Shown: positions 46,965 through 55,898 of the stretch, one piece after another
Numbering within the stretch: the stretch's first letter is position 1
Layout: each line of letters begins with the position of its first letter
Source of the DNA: a virus
IMG/VR virus record: IMGVR_UViG_3300046170_000464
Span: 16,499-80,498 of that record
DNA: 64,000 bases
Direction: 5' to 3' (one strand)
Notes under the pieces: model-generated
The model's database searches: none
Seen by the model: the letters and a program-made list of their open reading frames with translations, nothing else
Told to the model about the DNA's origin: nothing
Translations under genes and position numbers: made by a program

Positions 46965-47612
46965 TCAGAGAGAAAAGTTAATTGAACCAATAGCCGCTGC
47001 AGAGACTTGTCCTTTTTCAGGGTCAGCTGCTTTTTTAGGCGCGGACTTCGTGCCTTTAGGTAGGTACAGGATTTGATCTACTGCGTAGTTCAGATACTGC
47101 TTGTCATCCTTTTCGCTTGTGCTCACTCGACCAACTGCGATCGTTGGAGTTCCATTAGGAAGTTCGGAAAGCTGCTTCGAATGTTCGTTCCATGCGGTGA
47201 GCTTGAACCAGTTTGTCTCTTGGTCGTCTGGTGCCTGCCAAGCAATAGACCGATTTGTGACAGTTGAGTCACCGACTTCATTTTCTTCAGACTTAGGTCC
47301 TAACCCGCCACACGCCATGAAAGTGTTGATGGCAAGGATGTCGGAAAAGTTATCCCGTGAGACAACCAGCATTGGCTGCATCTGTAGAACACCATCCGGC
47401 GTGGCCTTAGTCGGTCCAATGGCTAGGACTTCTTGAGATTCTTTTAGATCCAGAAGAAGTTTTCCGACATAGTGATCAGCTTTTTGAATCAGCTGAACCT
47501 TTGTGGAGATACGTTTTGCAGATGAAGGAAGAGATTCAGCAATCACATTGACTTTTCCGTCTTCAGTGCTTGCCTCGTCTGTAATCCTGACTCCCATCAG
47601 AAATACGTTCAT
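46965..47612 (-). CDS. ssb: Single-stranded DNA-binding protein with two OB folds
   Basis: IN.F...G.LG....V...SIA.....TNWFKLTAW...L..G....VGR.; the N-terminal half resembles a second OB fold. Confidence 0.7.
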   Translation of the reverse strand: MNVFLMGVRITDEASTEDGKVNVIAESLPSSAKRISTKVQLIQKADHYVGKLLLDLKESQEVLAIGPTKATPDGVLQMQPMLVVSRDNFSDILAINTFMACGGLGPKSEENEVGDSTVTNRSIAWQAPDDQETNWFKLTAWNEHSKQLSELPNGTPTIAVGRVSTSEKDDKQYLNYAVDQILYLPKGTKSAPKKAADPEKGQVSAAAIGSINFSL

Positions 47613-48138
47613 GCTTTAAGTTCCGGTAAATCGTTGAGCGGTGTACGTTTAGTGCCTTGGCGATTTGCGGAGCGCTCACACCTTGGCCTCGGAATGCTAG
47701 AAGCATTTGAAGGTCTCCGCTACCCAATTTTGAGTTTCGTGACTTGAGATACTGGTTATGGTATGGGTTGATGCACATATGGTTCTTGCATTGATTTTTG
47801 ACTACACCATCTCTTTCTATGTCCAGGTATCCCAAAATTAACGGACGCACGTAGTACCTCTTTCCGAATACATATGTACTGGGTACTTTGTTAGTCATTG
47901 AGCCTGTCCACTCAAAACAAGCCCTGTGGTCAAAATCGTTAAAAGCAAGCCTCTCATAGAGTTTGCTCAATCGAGTTTGCTTGGTTTTTCCATAACCAAG
48001 TTCAAACTTCTCAGCGCTAAGACTTCTGGATATGTCTAAAGCCTGTCCCTGCGCGTGGGCAGCGTCTAAAGCAGAAACCCCTAACTCAATCTCTTTATTA
48101 TTTTTTACTAATTTGAGTTTGTAGTACTCAATAGACAT
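47563..48138 (-). CDS. Degenerate HNH + HTH protein
   Basis: CFEWTGS, VKNQCKNHMCINPYH, GVSAPQIAKALNVHRSTIYR. Confidence 0.75.
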   Translation of the reverse strand: MSIEYYKLKLVKNNKEIELGVSALDAAHAQGQALDISRSLSAEKFELGYGKTKQTRLSKLYERLAFNDFDHRACFEWTGSMTNKVPSTYVFGKRYYVRPLILGYLDIERDGVVKNQCKNHMCINPYHNQYLKSRNSKLGSGDLQMLLAFRGQGVSAPQIAKALNVHRSTIYRNLKHERISDGSQDYRRGKH

Positions 48139-48146
48139 CGTTTGGC

Positions 48147-48249
48147 TGCCACTCTGCAGCTTGTTCAAGCTGTAATTCGGCATCCCAAGCAGGCGCAGTC
48201 ATAAGAGAATACAGTTTTACCCATATTCTCAAGCGACGAGCGCACTTAC
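48147..48249 (-). ncRNA. Candidate structured leader RNA (two long hairpins)
   Basis: AAGT-GCGC-GTCG-GAGAATA/TATTCTC-TGAC-GCGC-GCTT and TGCC-CAGCTTG/CAAGCTG-GGCA stems. Confidence 0.4.
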
Positions 48250-48264
48250 TGAAAAGATTCATCA

Positions 48265-49380
48265 CTACATATACTTTGCGTACTCATCGTAGAGACCACC
48301 GCCGCCTTGTACGTTACCGCCACGCAGACGTGAGGTGTTCCTAGAAATGTACTTAGCGATTTGCTTATTAGATGCACCACCCGCCTTAGCTGCTTCGACA
48401 TCCTTGTGGCCGAAATACTCAGCGCTTTGTCCAGCTGATAGACGAATCTCTGGCGCATTTCTAACAATCCTTTCAGGCTCGAGACTTGGTGATGATGCCG
48501 CTCCGATTGACGCTCCCGATGACACTGCTGCCGTTGCTGGTGTTGGTGATGGTGATGGTGATGGAGTAGCAAATCCTGCAGTCATTTGACCAATCTCACT
48601 TTCACCACCGGGTGTGTTCGGACCACGGAGAAGATCTAAATTCTTTTGCAAGAAGCTTTTAATATTGTCATCTGAGTAACCAGACTGACGAGCAGCAGCA
48701 AGATCTTCTTTACCAAAGTATTTGGCGTCTTGACCAAAGTTAGTAGAGATTTCAGGAGCACCAGAGTATGACTGAGCGTTCCGGAATGCTTGTGTTTGCT
48801 GTGCACCTGGGGTAGCTGTAAAACCTTGCTGTGCGTTAGCAAAGTCTCGTGTGATTGCTTTCGATGTATCTACTCTTCCACGTGAAACTTCATCCATCAA
48901 TCCACCTTGACCTTCGCGGTTGCTCATAGCGAGCATGTAAGGATTGCTTGAGAGATAGTTTTGGATATCTTCGTTCGAGTAACCGTAATCTTGAGTTGCT
49001 TTTTTATAATCTTGATGACCGAATAAAGCTGTCTGACCGTAGTCCCTAGCGATGTCTTGAAGACTTTTTCGATTATCTGCTTCTACCGGCTCTTCAGTTT
49101 GAGGAGAAGGTAACTGAGGTTGAGCAAGATCACTAGGTGCCTGCACTTGTTGCGAGCGAGGCATCAAGGCAAGAGTCGTAGTTACTGCCGACTGTGGCTG
49201 CGGTAAATAAGTTAAACCACCTCTGCCTTTCGAAGTTGTTGAAAACGAAAGTGCCGGATCGAAATCACCCTGTTCGCTTCCTTCGCTGTCTTCGAAAAGC
49301 TTAAAAAGATCTAAACCAAACAATCCGCCTGCCTTACGCAGACCCTGTTTCATCGGAGAGTTATAACGAAGTGAAGTCAC
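48265..49380 (-). CDS. Protein with three internal repeats
   Basis: FG..D...A...G.S...I..(Y/F)(L/I)..N repeated three times. Confidence 0.7.
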   Translation of the reverse strand: MTSLRYNSPMKQGLRKAGGLFGLDLFKLFEDSEGSEQGDFDPALSFSTTSKGRGGLTYLPQPQSAVTTTLALMPRSQQVQAPSDLAQPQLPSPQTEEPVEADNRKSLQDIARDYGQTALFGHQDYKKATQDYGYSNEDIQNYLSSNPYMLAMSNREGQGGLMDEVSRGRVDTSKAITRDFANAQQGFTATPGAQQTQAFRNAQSYSGAPEISTNFGQDAKYFGKEDLAAARQSGYSDDNIKSFLQKNLDLLRGPNTPGGESEIGQMTAGFATPSPSPSPTPATAAVSSGASIGAASSPSLEPERIVRNAPEIRLSAGQSAEYFGHKDVEAAKAGGASNKQIAKYISRNTSRLRGGNVQGGGGLYDEYAKYM

Positions 49381-49411
49381 TATTGGTGAGTGCAGCTACA
49401 TATACTCTAAT

Positions 49412-49930
49412 TTAGCTCAGTTTTAGCCAATAACGACTGATATCAAAACCAGGCCCGATGACACTTTTGAGTGTTCTAGCTGTTCTTAAAGCTTCCTCAT
49501 GACTCTTAAAACGCTTTGCTTTTTGTCGATGCTTGGTATATGAGCACAGAAGTTTCTTTTCTTGGTTTAGGCAGTCTTCTACAAACTCACCGTGGCGAGT
49601 AACCACCCAAACCTCTTTTAGGGAGAGGAGCGGCATATTATTACGCTCTTCTTCTGTGTAAAGTTTTCCTGATAACTTTACCTTGGATTGATTATTTGTC
49701 TTTTTATTTGTGGTGGTCTGAACCTTTTTTACTTCTTTGATCGCTCCGTCTTGCTTGAGAGTCTTGTTTAATTTTCTAGCTGCGTTAGCTGCCACCAAGG
49801 GTTTGTCATAGAACTCTTTCGTTAGCACGATGCATTTTTCAGTTTTTATACAACCTATGTATCCACTGTCTGTCTTAGCAGTAAAAAATTCTTTGTTTTC
49901 GATTGAGGGGAACCAAGCAGTAAAACTCAT
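49412..49930 (-). CDS. Hypothetical basic protein
   Basis: ATGA overlap with the polymerase stop. Confidence 0.65.
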   Translation of the reverse strand: MSFTAWFPSIENKEFFTAKTDSGYIGCIKTEKCIVLTKEFYDKPLVAANAARKLNKTLKQDGAIKEVKKVQTTTNKKTNNQSKVKLSGKLYTEEERNNMPLLSLKEVWVVTRHGEFVEDCLNQEKKLLCSYTKHRQKAKRFKSHEEALRTARTLKSVIGPGFDISRYWLKLS

Positions 49931-51822
49931 TTTTCAGCCCAAGAATCGCCGATGTTGGCATCGCACTTCACTGGCACTTTAGTGATAATTGTTTCTCCTG
50001 CATCTTTCATTTCTCTTTCTAGTATCGTTTTGTAGTGTTCTGTTTTGCCTTCTACTGCTTCGAATATTAATTCGTCATGAACTGTAGCAATCGGTCTGAA
50101 CTCGTGATTAACAAATTTGCTCAGTCTTGCGATAGCCAACTTCAAGACATCTGCTCCAGCTCCTTGAATAATCGTGTTAGCACAAGTAGTCATAGCTGCG
50201 TCGTCGTAACTAAGTAGCCTCCTTCTTCCGATTGGAGTTCTTACGTAAGTCCAACCATCCTGAACCATTGCATTTCTTTCGCGGTGCCACTCCCTTAAAC
50301 GAGGGTAAGCACGATGAAAACCAGCATGTGCGACTTTGGCTTCAGAAAGAGAGATGATATTTCCTGAACTGGCTGCATACGTTTTGTACTTTTTAAATCC
50401 CATACCGTAAAGCAAAGCGAAATTCAGGGTCTTACCCATCTGCCTTTGAGATTTTTCTACCTGTTCAATCCCTACGTGGTAAATAAGACTCGCTGTAAGA
50501 GAGTGAAGGTCAGCTCCCTCTTGGAAAGCTTTGATCATTTGAGGAATACCAATCAACTCCGCAGCTAATCGAAGTTCGATCTGCGAGTAATCGGCAATAA
50601 CAAATTTAAAACCAGGCGACGGTACAAAACATTCTCGAAACTCTTTATCCCTGGGTACCTGCTGGATATTGATTCCCCAGTTTTCTTTTTTCTTTTTGCC
50701 AGTTACTCGTTTTGCACCCGAGCTAGTGAATCTTCCGCTGTTAGCTCCGTAGGAGTTATAACCACTGTGCATATGACCTGACACAGGGTTTATGTTGTCG
50801 ATAATTTTTTGCGTATGAGCCAGAGCTGTCTCTAGCTTTGTTCGTTTCCTAAGCAGATTGAGTGTGTGATCGTCGCTATCAAATTCGCTTAAAGCGACTT
50901 GCGACAGAGTCTGCTTTCCTGTTCTTGGGTCAACTGGTAAATCAGTGTCGACTTCGTTGAAGCATCTAATGCACTGTGCATTAGATCCAGGATTGAATTC
51001 CTTCTTAGCGTTTTTTCCGATGGCGATTGATCCATCGGCAAGTTTGGGGAGTTTTTTTTCATCGGGGAGACGACGATCAAGGTCCTCACAAAATAATCTA
51101 GTCGCTGTGTCCAGCTCCTGCTGCTTTCTAAATTTTAGAGCTTTCACTTTATTGACATCCACATTAAACCCATAGTGACACATTAAAGCCACAGGGCGAA
51201 TAACTTGACTCTCGAGAGTGTAGACCTCAAGTAGGTTTTCAGCTGCTAGCTCTGTCAACTGCAAAGCCGCGATCTTAGGAAGTATGTCAACGTCTTTCGC
51301 TGCATATTCAATTTGCTCAATCGCTAACTCATCAGCACTCCAATCAGAAACTTGTTGTTCTTTCGATATTTCGAGATCTAAACGTCTTGAGACGACCGCC
51401 TTCAAGGAACAACTGACGTCTCCAAAAAAGACTTTTTCAGTTTTAGGGCTTACCTTCTTTTCCTTAAACCCAGCACAGAGACAACGCTCAGCAAGAAAGG
51501 TATCAAAGATTTTCTTTTTGTAATCAATACCCAGTTTTAAGAAAAACTGCATATCAAAGTTTGCGTTGTGCAGGAGAAGCATCTCTCGAGACTCGATCAG
51601 AGCCTTAAGACCGTCGGTGTTTTTGCACTTAAAAAAATCTATGACATAGACGATCCGGTCAGCGACATCTTCTTGAGTAGTACAAAGCTGAAGTAACCGT
51701 GGTTCATGGACTCTTGCATCTAATCCTGTCGTTTCAAAGTCAGCGCAAAGTTTGGGAAGGATCCATAACTCAGCTAACGCTTTTTCAAGCTGATCCCTTG
51801 TCGTTATGTAATTGATTTGCAT
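49927..51822 (-). CDS. polA: DNA polymerase, family A, with 3'-5' exonuclease
   Basis: DFETTG, HNANFD, YAAKD exo motifs; ADYSQIELR, RQMGKTLNFALLYG, VHDE polymerase motifs. Confidence 0.95.
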   Translation of the reverse strand: MQINYITTRDQLEKALAELWILPKLCADFETTGLDARVHEPRLLQLCTTQEDVADRIVYVIDFFKCKNTDGLKALIESREMLLLHNANFDMQFFLKLGIDYKKKIFDTFLAERCLCAGFKEKKVSPKTEKVFFGDVSCSLKAVVSRRLDLEISKEQQVSDWSADELAIEQIEYAAKDVDILPKIAALQLTELAAENLLEVYTLESQVIRPVALMCHYGFNVDVNKVKALKFRKQQELDTATRLFCEDLDRRLPDEKKLPKLADGSIAIGKNAKKEFNPGSNAQCIRCFNEVDTDLPVDPRTGKQTLSQVALSEFDSDDHTLNLLRKRTKLETALAHTQKIIDNINPVSGHMHSGYNSYGANSGRFTSSGAKRVTGKKKKENWGINIQQVPRDKEFRECFVPSPGFKFVIADYSQIELRLAAELIGIPQMIKAFQEGADLHSLTASLIYHVGIEQVEKSQRQMGKTLNFALLYGMGFKKYKTYAASSGNIISLSEAKVAHAGFHRAYPRLREWHRERNAMVQDGWTYVRTPIGRRRLLSYDDAAMTTCANTIIQGAGADVLKLAIARLSKFVNHEFRPIATVHDELIFEAVEGKTEHYKTILEREMKDAGETIITKVPVKCDANIGDSWAEK

Positions 51823-51828
51823 AGCATT

Positions 51829-51855
51829 AAAAAAGGGCCGCTTCATTTGCGGCCC
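51829..51855 (-). terminator. Rho-independent terminator directly upstream of polA
   Basis: - strand GGGCCGC-AAATGAA-GCGGCCC then TTTTTT. Confidence 0.75.
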
Positions 51856-51877
51856 ACTGAGCTTAGCTCGCTCTTAC

Positions 51878-52660
51878 TCAGGCAACGCGTCCTTCCCAAA
51901 ATTTTAGGATGTATTCATCAACGTCTGCCCAGGTGTCGACAAGAACCTCGCCTTGTTCAGTCAAGTTGAGCACGTACACCTTGCGTTGCAAAAAGCTTTG
52001 AGTCTCGTTCAGCTTTTTGTCGGTCGAGCCGTAAGTGGTTTCCTCGCTGACTTTTACTAAACCTCTTTCTACGAGGTAAGCAAGACCATCACGCATCGCT
52101 CCGTATACCGGCGATGAATGATAGGTCATGACTCCTTTTTGAGCCTTAGCAACGAAAGGAGAATACTTGCTCTTTATTTTTTTAAATCCCTTGAACAGCT
52201 CGGAATTTTTTGATAGACCCACACTTGCCAAGCTATTGGCTTGCTTTACAGCAATTGAACGCAGTGTTAAGTCCGAATGCCTTGCCAACTCAGAGAGAAT
52301 CATTGCTGCTCCTGCTGATCTGGTGTTGCGAGCAACAAGCAATTCTTCAAGGGCAACATCCAAAGAAACTTTCTTTACTTGAATGTCACTGATCGTGTTA
52401 CGACTTTTTTTCTTTGAATTTCCCTTTACTTTTTTAGTAGAGCCTGGAGTAGCCATGGCTAGCTTTGCTGCCAAAGCGGCAAGCTCTGGATGCTTCTTCT
52501 CAATACTCAGCTTGAATAACTTTGTACAGTCAAGAAGACTTGAGTCCACATGATCCATCAAGTCGACGGTCACTGAAGGCAGTGAGTCCGATAGTGTGCA
52601 CAGTGTGGTTGCCTCCGACTCTTTAAGTTGGACGCCAGCAATTTGAAAGTTGACTTTCAT
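51878..52660 (-). CDS. Hypothetical protein, possible winged helix
   Basis: LAYLVERGLVKV...VLNLTEQG. Confidence 0.65.
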   Translation of the reverse strand: MKVNFQIAGVQLKESEATTLCTLSDSLPSVTVDLMDHVDSSLLDCTKLFKLSIEKKHPELAALAAKLAMATPGSTKKVKGNSKKKSRNTISDIQVKKVSLDVALEELLVARNTRSAGAAMILSELARHSDLTLRSIAVKQANSLASVGLSKNSELFKGFKKIKSKYSPFVAKAQKGVMTYHSSPVYGAMRDGLAYLVERGLVKVSEETTYGSTDKKLNETQSFLQRKVYVLNLTEQGEVLVDTWADVDEYILKFWEGRVA

Positions 52661-52705
52661 AAGAATGATTGATCCTCGCTAAGAGTAATAATGATCATTG
52701 TGTAG

Positions 52706-53080
52706 TCAACCCTTCCTAGATTTCAATATGTCCTTTTCAACTTCTCTCACTATGTGCCACAGTTCGTATGAAGTACACTGGATTACTCCGTAAAGCTCTT
52801 TTAGGCTTAAACAAGCATAGTCTTTACTTATATATTTACTTACACATATAGTTTTTTCTGACCTTGGTATTCCTCCTGTGTCTAACGTCAGCACATTAAA
52901 TACCTCTGGGCCTGAAAGATATGTGATTAAACGTCCTTCAAACGTCGTTACGTGACGTGTGTCTTGATATTGAGTAAGACAATTTGCTATCCAATGCAAT
53001 AATTCTGCGTTGTCTAGCTTTGTGACATACTTTTCGGATATTGAATCTACAGTGGCAATTGCTTCTCTTAAGGGATGCAC
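52706..53080 (-). CDS. Hypothetical protein
   Basis: 124 aa ORF. Confidence 0.55.
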   Translation of the reverse strand: MHPLREAIATVDSISEKYVTKLDNAELLHWIANCLTQYQDTRHVTTFEGRLITYLSGPEVFNVLTLDTGGIPRSEKTICVSKYISKDYACLSLKELYGVIQCTSYELWHIVREVEKDILKSRKG

Positions 53081-53115
53081 TTGCTTACAGCATAAGTATT
53101 TAATTTAATTACCAC

Positions 53116-54657
53116 TTACTTAATCGCCTTCTGAAATAAGTCAGAAGACTCTGCATCTTCACAAATATCAACCAAATGTACTGAATCGCAGAACCGTAAA
53201 AGACTTTCACTCTTTTTACCTATACAAAATCCAAAGACATCGATTTTATTATTATCTTTAAAAGCGTTAAATCTACGAACAGTTAAGTCAGTCACTTGAC
53301 ACTCCCCGTCTGTAATTATCAAAATATCTGCTCTTGGGTCTATGTCAGCACGTACAGAAGCGTGAATCATAACTTGATCGAAAGAAGTTCCGCCTCTGGT
53401 GTACCAAGCCATCAGAAAGTTAAGTAACCCTTCGTGGTCATTGCTGCGAGGCTCTAAAACTATGCTCTGGTTTACTCCTGTGTCGAACAAATGTATTTGT
53501 ATTTCTCTATGCTCCTTCGAACATTGTTCCGCAATCACATATGAGATTGCTTTGGACCACAACTCGGAATCACCCGCCATAGATCCAGAAATATCTACAT
53601 ACATGACTACTGGACCTTTGCTTAATTCTTTTACTGATGCTTCAAAATCTTTGCTGAGAATAGTTTTTTGAGAATGTTTGTACGCAAATAAAGCTTTACC
53701 TTCTTCTGTTGCAGCTAAAGCAATTTCTGAAGAAAAAGCTTTAGTCACATCGTCAGACATTTTTGCACCAACAATGTCGCTAAAAGACGAATTATGTTTC
53801 TTAGCTCTAATTCGTTGAGCCCAGGCTTGTTTCATCCCTCCAAGTCTTTTTGCTAACTCCATTAATCGTCGGTTTGTCTGTAGGCGTTTGGCTAGCTCTT
53901 GCTTTTGTTTTACATCGTTCAACTTGACTCCAAACCCCTCGTGGTTACCTGCCATAGCATTCATGGCCTCTTGTATATCTCCAGCCTCTTTATGGCCTTG
54001 TTCAATGCTGTCTTGTATTTCGCTCTTGTACTGATTGTTAGCGTTGCTAAGAATATCCTCGATCCGTTGACCTAATTCTTTTCCCTGTTGTCTGAGTTGA
54101 GAAGCTTTTTGATTGTCACCAGCTTTAATAGCGTCAGTAAAATCCTTTCTCATCTGCTGCAAATCACTAGCCATAACTGTTAGTGCTTTTTGCACAGATT
54201 TATCCTCCTCAATCATTTCTCCAATGACATCAGCTATTTCGTTAAGGATGCATACAGCTGTGTTTCCTGATTCAAAATGTTTTCCTAAACAATTTTCATA
54301 AACAGCACTGTATATCGGGCTAGTTGCTAGACCAATCAGGATATTTTGCCAAAGCACATTCTCAGGTTTATACCCTTTAGGTGGTGCAGGATTAGAACCA
54401 TCTTGTTTTTCCTGAAGGTATTTTTCTATATCCTCCATTGACACAGAAAGATTAACGTCTCCCCCGGTGTATAAGAATTCAAATAACTCTTTACCAAATC
54501 GACTCAGTTGTCTGATGTCGTACTGATCTGAGAAGTAATTAACCCGTGGCTTAGCTTCGCGTACAAAATCAGGCCATAGAAAATCAGTAAGCGCAGAAAC
54601 AGCAAGGACCAATGGCTCTGCTTCAGCAAGTCTTATTACATCGATAGATCTTTTCAT
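53116..54657 (-). CDS. vWA (MIDAS) domain protein, ViaA-like
   Basis: GPVVMYVDISGSM, GGTSFD, ILIITDGE. Confidence 0.9.
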   Translation of the reverse strand: MKRSIDVIRLAEAEPLVLAVSALTDFLWPDFVREAKPRVNYFSDQYDIRQLSRFGKELFEFLYTGGDVNLSVSMEDIEKYLQEKQDGSNPAPPKGYKPENVLWQNILIGLATSPIYSAVYENCLGKHFESGNTAVCILNEIADVIGEMIEEDKSVQKALTVMASDLQQMRKDFTDAIKAGDNQKASQLRQQGKELGQRIEDILSNANNQYKSEIQDSIEQGHKEAGDIQEAMNAMAGNHEGFGVKLNDVKQKQELAKRLQTNRRLMELAKRLGGMKQAWAQRIRAKKHNSSFSDIVGAKMSDDVTKAFSSEIALAATEEGKALFAYKHSQKTILSKDFEASVKELSKGPVVMYVDISGSMAGDSELWSKAISYVIAEQCSKEHREIQIHLFDTGVNQSIVLEPRSNDHEGLLNFLMAWYTRGGTSFDQVMIHASVRADIDPRADILIITDGECQVTDLTVRRFNAFKDNNKIDVFGFCIGKKSESLLRFCDSVHLVDICEDAESSDLFQKAIK

Positions 54658-55835
54658 TTTTGATACCTAGAAATTGACTCTGCAACTTGGTCTACGTTGT
54701 GATTAATTTCTTGACAAACTTTTGTAGCTTTATACCTGGTAGCAGCGGTAAATCGCATCTGATCGTTATCAAGCGTTGCTTCTACTTTCTGAGCCACAGT
54801 TTTCAAGTCGTTATGTAGCTGTTTAAGTTTTCCAACGTGAATACTAAGCTCAGAGATTTTATCAATTTGTTTAGTTCTTAGAGAGTTGTATTCGTTCATC
54901 AAGCCGGTTGAAGCTCGCTGAACTGATCGCAAGAATTTATCTGCTGTGGGGACACACTGATCAACAACTTCTTTAATCGTTGCCACATCCTCCTCTGTTT
55001 GGTAAACGATATGAGGCAGAGTCGAATGTAGATATTCGGGGAGTAAAGAGTCTTCTCCTTGAACAACTGCCCACCCTCTTAGAAATTTCAGTATCTGTAC
55101 ACGACGTCTGTCTGAAACAAATACACCTCTTCCTTCAAGCATATCTATACACTCTGTGAACACATCAATAAACGTGTCTGTGACTGTGATCTCCCCTGCT
55201 GCTGTCTGCAGTTTTGAAATAGACTCGAGAGTCAGCCCTGAAGAAATATCAGGTCTACCTCCTTTTAGTGCCCAGTTGTAAAGTTTGCGTTTATTTGTAG
55301 GTTTCTTCAAACCAGATACAGTTGGTCGAAAAAGAAAACGATCACAAAACGCTTGAAGTGACTCGTCTGATGGGAAAGAGTTTGTTGCTGCAACGACTGA
55401 TTTGATCTCTGTTTGAATTAATTCTTTCCCATTGTTGAATGTTCTTTCGTTAAGAATTTGCAAGAGTGAGTTTAAGACTGCAGAACTTCCACGAAATAAT
55501 TCGTCTAAGAAAGCTATGTTGCTGTCAGGTAAGTATCCTTTTATATCACGCGTGTACTCATCTTTGAGTAACTTCGAAACTGCAACGGGACCGTAAAGCT
55601 CGGAAGGATCTGTGGTTGGAGAAAGAAGATAACTAAAGAATTTTGAGTTGTTAAATCCCTTCGCTACTTGTCTCACTAACTCAGACTTTCCAGTACCAGG
55701 AGCGCCGAACAAAAAGCAATTTTGCTCAGTGATAATGGCTGCAATGATGCCGTCAATGACGTCAGTCCTTTCCAGGAAAGCGTTATTCAACTGTGTACGA
55801 AAATTTTGAAGGTCTGTGAAAGTAGTAGTGTCCAT
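54654..55835 (-). CDS. MoxR-family AAA+ ATPase, RavA-like
   Basis: GAPGTGKSEL, FLDE, LN.LL.ILNER.F.NG, AATN, DRF, SDRR. Confidence 0.9.
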   Translation of the reverse strand: MDTTTFTDLQNFRTQLNNAFLERTDVIDGIIAAIITEQNCFLFGAPGTGKSELVRQVAKGFNNSKFFSYLLSPTTDPSELYGPVAVSKLLKDEYTRDIKGYLPDSNIAFLDELFRGSSAVLNSLLQILNERTFNNGKELIQTEIKSVVAATNSFPSDESLQAFCDRFLFRPTVSGLKKPTNKRKLYNWALKGGRPDISSGLTLESISKLQTAAGEITVTDTFIDVFTECIDMLEGRGVFVSDRRRVQILKFLRGWAVVQGEDSLLPEYLHSTLPHIVYQTEEDVATIKEVVDQCVPTADKFLRSVQRASTGLMNEYNSLRTKQIDKISELSIHVGKLKQLHNDLKTVAQKVEATLDNDQMRFTAATRYKATKVCQEINHNVDQVAESISRYQK

Positions 55836-55898
55836 GTTTAAAAGAAATTACGTTTGCGTTTGTAAGGCCCGTGAATAGATTTACCAGGGACTAAGTAC

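Noticed and set aside
48246-48572. Poly-His ORF (HHHHHHQH)
   Set aside because: Alternate-frame reading of the PSPSPSPTP linker of 48265-49380.
41389-51822. Introns or inteins in primase or polymerase
   Set aside because: Motif spacing is compact and continuous, with no intein splice motifs or embedded endonuclease.
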